Shown one piece after another: positions 26,982 through 32,000 of a stretch of 32,000 bases of DNA. The DNA is from Synechococcus elongatus PCC 6301 (GTDB lineage Bacteria > Cyanobacteriota > Cyanobacteriia > Synechococcales > Synechococcaceae). The translations under genes were made by a program, and so were the position numbers. Location: positions 780,001-812,000 of the forward strand of contig NC_006576.1 of NCBI RefSeq assembly GCF_000010065.1. Reading direction: 5' to 3'. Within the stretch, counting starts at the first letter, position 1; the number at the start of each line of letters is the position of its first letter. The notes below the pieces were generated by a model, which was not told where the DNA came from, ran no database searches, and was given only the letters and a program-made list of their open reading frames with translations.

Positions 26982-27647
26982 CTAGGCTGCAACCGGCTCG
27001 AGCAGACCTGCAAACAGGCCCAGACCATCGACACTACCTGCGATCGCCTCTGCAGCCCGTTCGGGGTGGGGCATCATGCCCAAGACATTGCCAGCCACGT
27101 TGGTGATGCCCGCAATATCGTTGCAAGAACCGTTGGGATTGTCGAGGTAGCGGAACAGGACTTGGCCATTCGCTTCCAGCGCTGCCAAGGTTGCAGGGTC
27201 TGCATGGTAGCGACCTTCCCCGTGGGCGATCGGCAGATTCAGAATCTGACCTTGCTGGTAGGTGCGGCTCCACGGGCGATCACTCCGCTCGACTCGCAGG
27301 GGTGTAGTTTCGCAGCGGAAATGGAGATCGCGATTGCGCACCAGCGCACCGGGCAAGAGCCCAACTTCTGTCAGGATTTGGAAGCCATTGCAAATGCCCA
27401 AGACCAAGCCACCCGCCTCAGCGAAGGCAACCGTTGCTTGCATGGCCGGCGAAAAGCGGGCGATCGCGCCGCAACGGAGATAGTCGCCGTAGCTAAAGCC
27501 ACCGGGCACGACAATCAAATCCAAGCCCGAGAGATCGCGCTCCTCGTGCCAGATCATGCGGGTGGACTGACCTAGCAGACCTGCAGTGACCCACTGCACA
27601 TCGCGATCGCAGTTTGAGCCGGGGAAAACAATAACGCCGACGTTCAC
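26982..27647 (-). CDS. purQ: Phosphoribosylformylglycinamidine synthase subunit PurQ
   Basis: [59 protein letters not shown], and MMPHPERA. Confidence 0.96.
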   Translation of the reverse strand: MNVGVIVFPGSNCDRDVQWVTAGLLGQSTRMIWHEERDLSGLDLIVVPGGFSYGDYLRCGAIARFSPAMQATVAFAEAGGLVLGICNGFQILTEVGLLPGALVRNRDLHFRCETTPLRVERSDRPWSRTYQQGQILNLPIAHGEGRYHADPATLAALEANGQVLFRYLDNPNGSCNDIAGITNVAGNVLGMMPHPERAAEAIAGSVDGLGLFAGLLEPVAA

Positions 27648-27913
27648 GCTGCTACTCCTGCCACCGCTTCCAATTCAAAGCGATAGTTCTCAATCACGGG
27701 GTTAGCGAGCAACTGATCGCACATCTGATCGAGCTGTTCACGGGCGATCGCTTCAGTCTCCGCTTGCAGTGACAGTTCGATGTACTTACCGATGCGGATC
27801 TGCTCGACGGAGTCGTAACCAAGGTGCTGCAGGCCAGTTTGAACCGCCGCCCCTGCCGGGTCGAGCACTGAAGGCCGCAAGGTGACGTAAATCCGAGCGT
27901 GATAGCGGGTCAA
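27644..27913 (-). CDS. purS: Phosphoribosylformylglycinamidine synthase subunit PurS
   Basis: [42 protein letters not shown]...[17 protein letters not shown]; overlaps purQ by 4 nt. Confidence 0.95.
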   Translation of the reverse strand: MTRYHARIYVTLRPSVLDPAGAAVQTGLQHLGYDSVEQIRIGKYIELSLQAETEAIAREQLDQMCDQLLANPVIENYRFELEAVAGVAA

Positions 27914-28144
27914 AGGTGCATTCCCCAGGGCAGAACCGTTCTTAATTTTACGGCTTGACGGGGAAACCGCACTTCAGACGGGATGCCAGGCAGTGACTTC
28001 ACCTAGCTCACCAGCACAGAACCCCAGCCCCTCTATGCCAAGATGCAGTCAGATTGCCTTGGGCGATCGCCACTACTTGGGCCTAGTACCTTCTTGCACC
28101 AGTTGGCATTCCAAGGCTGAGATCGGGACTCTTACCGTAGGGCT

Positions 28145-28537
28145 ATGGCCAGCCGTCGCACCCAAAATCAGCAAAAGATCCTAGAAGTCCTGCAAGGGCT
28201 CAAACAAGAGATTTCTGCTCAAGACCTCTACATTGAGTTACGCCAACAGCAACAGAGCATGGGTCTCGCCACTGTCTATCGATCGCTGGAAGCCTTAAAG
28301 CTCTCTGGACAACTGCAAGTTCGTACGCTGACGTCCGGCGAATCACTCTATAGCGTGCACCGCGAAGACCGCCATCATTTAACTTGCCTACGCTGTAATA
28401 TTTCGATCGCGATCGATGAATGCCCAGTGCATGCCCTCGAGCAAGACCTGCAGCAAGCCTATGGTTTCGGGATCTTTTATCACACCCTAGAATTCTTTGG
28501 TCTTTGTCAGACTTGTCAAGCCTCAAAAGCAGGATAA
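28145..28537 (+). CDS. Fur-family transcriptional regulator (Zur/PerR-like)
   Basis: Winged-helix ISAQDLYIELRQQQQSMGLATVYRSLEALKLSGQL, HHLTCLRCN and CQTCQ Zn-site cysteines. Confidence 0.88.
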   Translation: MASRRTQNQQKILEVLQGLKQEISAQDLYIELRQQQQSMGLATVYRSLEALKLSGQLQVRTLTSGESLYSVHREDRHHLTCLRCNISIAIDECPVHALEQDLQQAYGFGIFYHTLEFFGLCQTCQASKAG

Positions 28538-28614
28538 TGTGCAAGTTGGCTGTCATCTTTAGCACAGACGACTACGCCATAGCGCCAGCAGAGTGCTATC
28601 AGTAAATACTTCCA

Positions 28615-30687
28615 GTGCACGCTTTGTGCTCCCCCTCGGCCATGCCAACTGTTCTCTTTAGTCTGACAGCAGAACTTGACTGGGGTTGGCGTATTGAGCA
28701 ATGGCTTGATCCTCAGCAACTTTGGAAGCGATCGCTCCAGGGATTTGCCGTTGAACAACTCTGGCAAAACAGCACGTCTAGCCATGACTGGCAGGTAAGC
28801 TTTCGCCAAGCGATTCAATCCCAGGGGATTTGGCAGCACACGGGTAAATTACGGGCAGACAGCATTGAGAGCAACTGGTATCTTCTAGCCTATCCTTGTC
28901 AACTGGAAAACAGCAGTCATTGCTATCTAGGTGTCCTTCAAACCACAGTCGGGGGCAGGGAAGTCGAGGGAAGTAACCCCTGTTCAGAGGGTAAGCTCTC
29001 ACCGCTCCTACGCCATCGACTGCGACAACAAGAACTGGCTTTAGAGCACAGTAGCGATCTGATGATTCGCTGTAATAATCGAGGCTTTATCACTTGGGCT
29101 AATCAGGCACTGCTCGAACGTCAAAATAAATCACTCGACTCTATTGTTGGTATTGACTTTACTCAGTTGCGAACCCAGCCTACCGAGCGACATACCCTCT
29201 TACAAATGCTCCGCACAGGGCAAGCACTAAACGCTATGGTCGAATATCAGACAGAGGAGAAAGAATTTTATCTCGTCCAAGAAAAACTGCTGCCCATTTT
29301 GTCAGATGATGGGGAGTTAGAAACGATTGTCATCGTCCAGCAGGATTTGACTTTTCAGGCTGCTGCTGAGATCCGGACTCAACAACAACTCCAGACCGAT
29401 GCACTGACAGGTCTTCCCAATCGGAAAGGGATGTACCAATCGATTCGCCATAACCTCGGGCGGGTCGAGACACACAAGCAACCCTTCGCCCTCTTGCGAA
29501 TCAACCTTGATCGCTTCCAACGCGTCAACGATGCTGCGGGCTATCACTTCGGTGACTATCTCTTGCGTAGCTTGGCTCTCAATTTGCGGCGGGTGCTCGG
29601 CTATGGTACTGAGCTGGCCTGTTTGGGAGGCGATGAATTTGCGGCTGTGATTGCCCCTTGCTACCAGGAAGAAGAGGCGATTGCGATCGCGGATGAAGTC
29701 CGTAGTGCGATCGCGATCTCTGGTTCTCTTGCAGCAGCTGCGGGGATTAGTCTTACGGCGAGTATTGGCATCGTTCTGGTCGATACCAATTTGACTGAGG
29801 AGATGGTGCTCGATCGCGCCAATCAGGCAATGTTTGCCGCCAAACGCAGGGGCGGGGATTGTACAGTGATCTATCGCCTCCCTTTACACGACAGTATTCG
29901 CCAAGAAGCAGCCTTACAGTTTGCCCTGCGCCAGGCGATCGCCGAACAAGAACTCAAGCTCGCTTATCAGCCCATTATTAGCCTGCGTACTGGTCAAATC
30001 ATTAGTCTCGAAGCGTTGCTGCGCTGGAACCATCCCCATTTCGGCTACATTTCACCCGCCCTTTTCATTCCCTTGGCTGAAGATTCTGGGCAAATTGAAT
30101 CGCTAGGAGAATGGGCTGTTCATGAAGCCTGCCATCAGCTAGCGGAGTGGGCTAAACAACCCGATCTAGCGCACTTGCGCGTAGCAGTGAACTGCAGCTT
30201 TGTTGATCTCAAGACCGAACGCTGGGCTGCGACAGTCAAGACAGCACTCCAGAGTAGTCAACTGCCACCTTCCCAGTTGATTGTGGAATATACCGAAAGC
30301 GCAATTGCCAAGGATCCAGCTGCTGCGATCGCCCTCAGTTCCTATCTACAAGATCTAGGAGTAGATGTCGCACTCGATGACTTTGGATCGGGGTATTCCA
30401 GCATGGCCTACCTCATTCAATTCCAAGCGCAGGGGCTCAAAATCGATCGCAGTTTAATCACCCCGATCGTAGAAGACGAGCGATCGCAGGCCGTGGTGCG
30501 TACGATTATTGATTTAGCCAAACGGCTGGGTTTGAGAACCACTGCAGAAGGCGTAGAAGAACGAGAACAACTGGAATTACTCCATAGTTGGGGCTGTGAT
30601 TTTGCCCAAGGATTCTACTTCAGCAGACCCCTACTGGCTGACGATCTCCCTGACTTTATTCGCAACTACGAAGGATTGTCCTTGTGA
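28615..30687 (+). CDS. PAS-GGDEF-EAL cyclic-di-GMP signalling protein (possible start at 28642)
   Basis: TDALTGLPNRKGMYQ, CLGGDEFAA, EALLRWNHPHFGYISP, VALDDFGSGYSSMAYL, KIDRSLI and EGVEE, with a PAS-like N-terminus. Confidence 0.93.
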   Translation: MHALCSPSAMPTVLFSLTAELDWGWRIEQWLDPQQLWKRSLQGFAVEQLWQNSTSSHDWQVSFRQAIQSQGIWQHTGKLRADSIESNWYLLAYPCQLENSSHCYLGVLQTTVGGREVEGSNPCSEGKLSPLLRHRLRQQELALEHSSDLMIRCNNRGFITWANQALLERQNKSLDSIVGIDFTQLRTQPTERHTLLQMLRTGQALNAMVEYQTEEKEFYLVQEKLLPILSDDGELETIVIVQQDLTFQAAAEIRTQQQLQTDALTGLPNRKGMYQSIRHNLGRVETHKQPFALLRINLDRFQRVNDAAGYHFGDYLLRSLALNLRRVLGYGTELACLGGDEFAAVIAPCYQEEEAIAIADEVRSAIAISGSLAAAAGISLTASIGIVLVDTNLTEEMVLDRANQAMFAAKRRGGDCTVIYRLPLHDSIRQEAALQFALRQAIAEQELKLAYQPIISLRTGQIISLEALLRWNHPHFGYISPALFIPLAEDSGQIESLGEWAVHEACHQLAEWAKQPDLAHLRVAVNCSFVDLKTERWAATVKTALQSSQLPPSQLIVEYTESAIAKDPAAAIALSSYLQDLGVDVALDDFGSGYSSMAYLIQFQAQGLKIDRSLITPIVEDERSQAVVRTIIDLAKRLGLRTTAEGVEEREQLELLHSWGCDFAQGFYFSRPLLADDLPDFIRNYEGLSL

Positions 30688-30771
30688 TTTGCTTGGATTA
30701 AAACGCCTCAGATCACACCAAAGATTACTAATTCGTCCCATCCTTGGCAGCACGATCGCAATCCGCTGCAA

Positions 30772-31503
30772 TTACGACTCCTGCGATCGCCCTAGATAGA
30801 GTTCACCGAGGAGCGGATCATCAAGAAGCTCTGCAGCTGGACCAGTTTGACGATCGCGACCACTCTCAAGAATGCAACCACGATCGGCTAGTTGTAGGGC
30901 ACGACGGGTGTTTTGCTCCACCAAAATGATTGTGGTGCCGCTGTTGTTAATCGCACGAATTTGTTCGAAGACCGTCGCAACCATCAGCGGCGACAGGGCT
31001 GCTGATGGTTCATCCAAAACCAACAGCGTCGGTTCTGCCGCCAAGGCTCGCCCCATTGCTAAGAGTTGACGTTCACCGCCGGACAGCGTTCCAGCTCGCT
31101 GCGATCGCCGAGTGGCGAGGGTCGGGAACAGGTCATAGATGCGGGCGATCGCAGCGGGTCGATGCTGGGGCCGGATTTGGAACAGCCCCATCTCTAGATT
31201 TTCAGCTACCGTCAAGCTGGCAAAAACGTTTCGCACTTGCGGCACATAACCAATGCCCAACCGCACGATCGCTTCGGAGCTGAGACGACTGATCTCTTGC
31301 CCGCGGAAACGAATGCTGCCACTGCGTACTGGTACCAGACCCAGTAGCGTCTTAGCCAAAGTAGATTTTCCGGCGCCATTGGGTCCCAAGAGCGTCAGCA
31401 ATTCACCCGCCGCGACTTGGAGATTGACCCCTTGGACAATATCCAGATCGGGAAGGTAGCCCGCAAAAACTTGGTCTAGATCAAGCAGTGGCGCAGCATT
31501 CAT
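30772..31503 (-). CDS. Branched-chain amino-acid-type ABC transporter ATP-binding protein (LivF family)
   Basis: LLGPNGAGKSTLAKTL Walker A, GTLSGGERQLLAMGRAL signature, LLVLDEPSAALSP Walker B, IILVEQNTRRAL. Confidence 0.93.
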   Translation of the reverse strand: MNAAPLLDLDQVFAGYLPDLDIVQGVNLQVAAGELLTLLGPNGAGKSTLAKTLLGLVPVRSGSIRFRGQEISRLSSEAIVRLGIGYVPQVRNVFASLTVAENLEMGLFQIRPQHRPAAIARIYDLFPTLATRRSQRAGTLSGGERQLLAMGRALAAEPTLLVLDEPSAALSPLMVATVFEQIRAINNSGTTIILVEQNTRRALQLADRGCILESGRDRQTGPAAELLDDPLLGELYLGRSQES

Positions 31504-31509
31504 TGGACC

Positions 31510-31734
31510 TTAGGGCGTTTGCTGCAACTCGGGACGTTCTTCGGGCAGAATGGCACCTTCGACCGGACAGACTTGCAGGCAAATACCGCAGTCGATGCAG
31601 GTGCTGAAGTCAATCCAGTACCAAGTCGTTCCCTTTTGGTTGCGTCCCGGCCCTTCTTGGATGCAAGCAACCGGGCAGGCATCGACACAGTCAGCGACCC
31701 CTTCGCAGGTATTCGTAACAATGGTGTGCGCCAC
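31510..31734 (-). CDS. Bacterial-type ferredoxin with two Fe-S cluster motifs
   Basis: TIVTNTCEGVADCVDACPVACI and CIDCGICLQVCPVEGAI. Confidence 0.93.
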   Translation of the reverse strand: MAHTIVTNTCEGVADCVDACPVACIQEGPGRNQKGTTWYWIDFSTCIDCGICLQVCPVEGAILPEERPELQQTP

Positions 31735-31766
31735 AACAGCAAGTCAGCGAGATAACGCCCCCTAGC

Positions 31767-32000
31767 CTAACAAGTTGTGGTGGCTCGCTCCGCCACGGCC
31801 ACCGCTTCACTCTGGGGGGCGCTGCCGCTACTCACCCAAACAATGCGACCAATCCGTCGCCGCTGGGCAAAGGCCTGCACCACTTCTGGCCGGCGATCGC
31901 TGTCGAGGTAGAGCTCCACTCGCAGCTGGTCCTGACGCTGCAGACGCTGGGCTTCGGCCAAAGCAGCCCCATAAGCCTCGGAATCAACGGGAATCACCAG
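31767..32000 (-). CDS. C-terminal end of a HisRS-like / ATP phosphoribosyltransferase regulatory subunit (HisZ)-like protein, truncated by window end
   Basis: IPVDSEAYGAALAEAQRLQRQDQLRVELYLD...RRIGRIVWV resembles the HisZ C-terminus; the N-terminus is outside the window. Confidence 0.6.
   Translation of the reverse strand: MVIPVDSEAYGAALAEAQRLQRQDQLRVELYLDSDRRPEVVQAFAQRRRIGRIVWVSSGSAPQSEAVAVAERATTTC

Noticed and set aside
27914-28144. Possible riboswitch or leader structure between purS and the Fur-like gene
   Set aside because: A GTCACTGCC-like string resembles part of known riboswitch cores, but no full conserved core could be assembled by eye.
1-32000. Dense GCGATCGC repeats across the window as a novel repeat family
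   Set aside because: This is the well-known HIP1 octamer of cyanobacteria; only unusual pairings or extended palindromes were reported.
1-32000. CRISPR arrays, restriction or toxin-antitoxin defence systems
   Set aside because: No regularly spaced direct repeats seen and no translated ORF carries recognisable Cas, restriction-modification or toxin-antitoxin motifs.

Overview
This window reads as chromosomal DNA from a unicellular cyanobacterium. HIP1 (GCGATCGC) motifs are very frequent, and the gene content looks like the Synechococcus elongatus PCC 7942/6301 type; that species assignment comes from recall and is not verified. Recognisable housekeeping or conserved genes are glutathione reductase, ruvB, Rubisco accumulation factor raf1, asnS, purS/purQ, a Fur/Zur-like regulator, a CobW-like GTPase, an AI-2E family transporter, a peptide ABC permease with its binding protein, a PAS-GGDEF-EAL protein, a LivF-like ATPase, a ferredoxin and a HisZ-like C-terminus. 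The main attraction is 3856-9701, a compact Nit1C-type (MSMEG_0567-0572 / sll0783-sll0787-like) cluster. It contains a divergent flavin-dependent oxidoreductase, a DsrE-like nitrogen-starvation protein, a nitrilase, an atypical radical SAM protein, a GNAT acetyltransferase and a PurM/HypE-like ATPase. A perfect GTA-N8-TAC NtcA-box candidate lies in the divergent promoter region. This cluster family is known, but its chemistry is poorly defined. Secondary observations are a 58-aa zinc-ribbon gene missing from the ORF track just downstream of raf1, a decayed and internally deleted IS5-like transposase next to an AT-rich island, and HIP1-containing inverted repeats between genes. No CRISPR array, rRNA or convincing tRNA was found.
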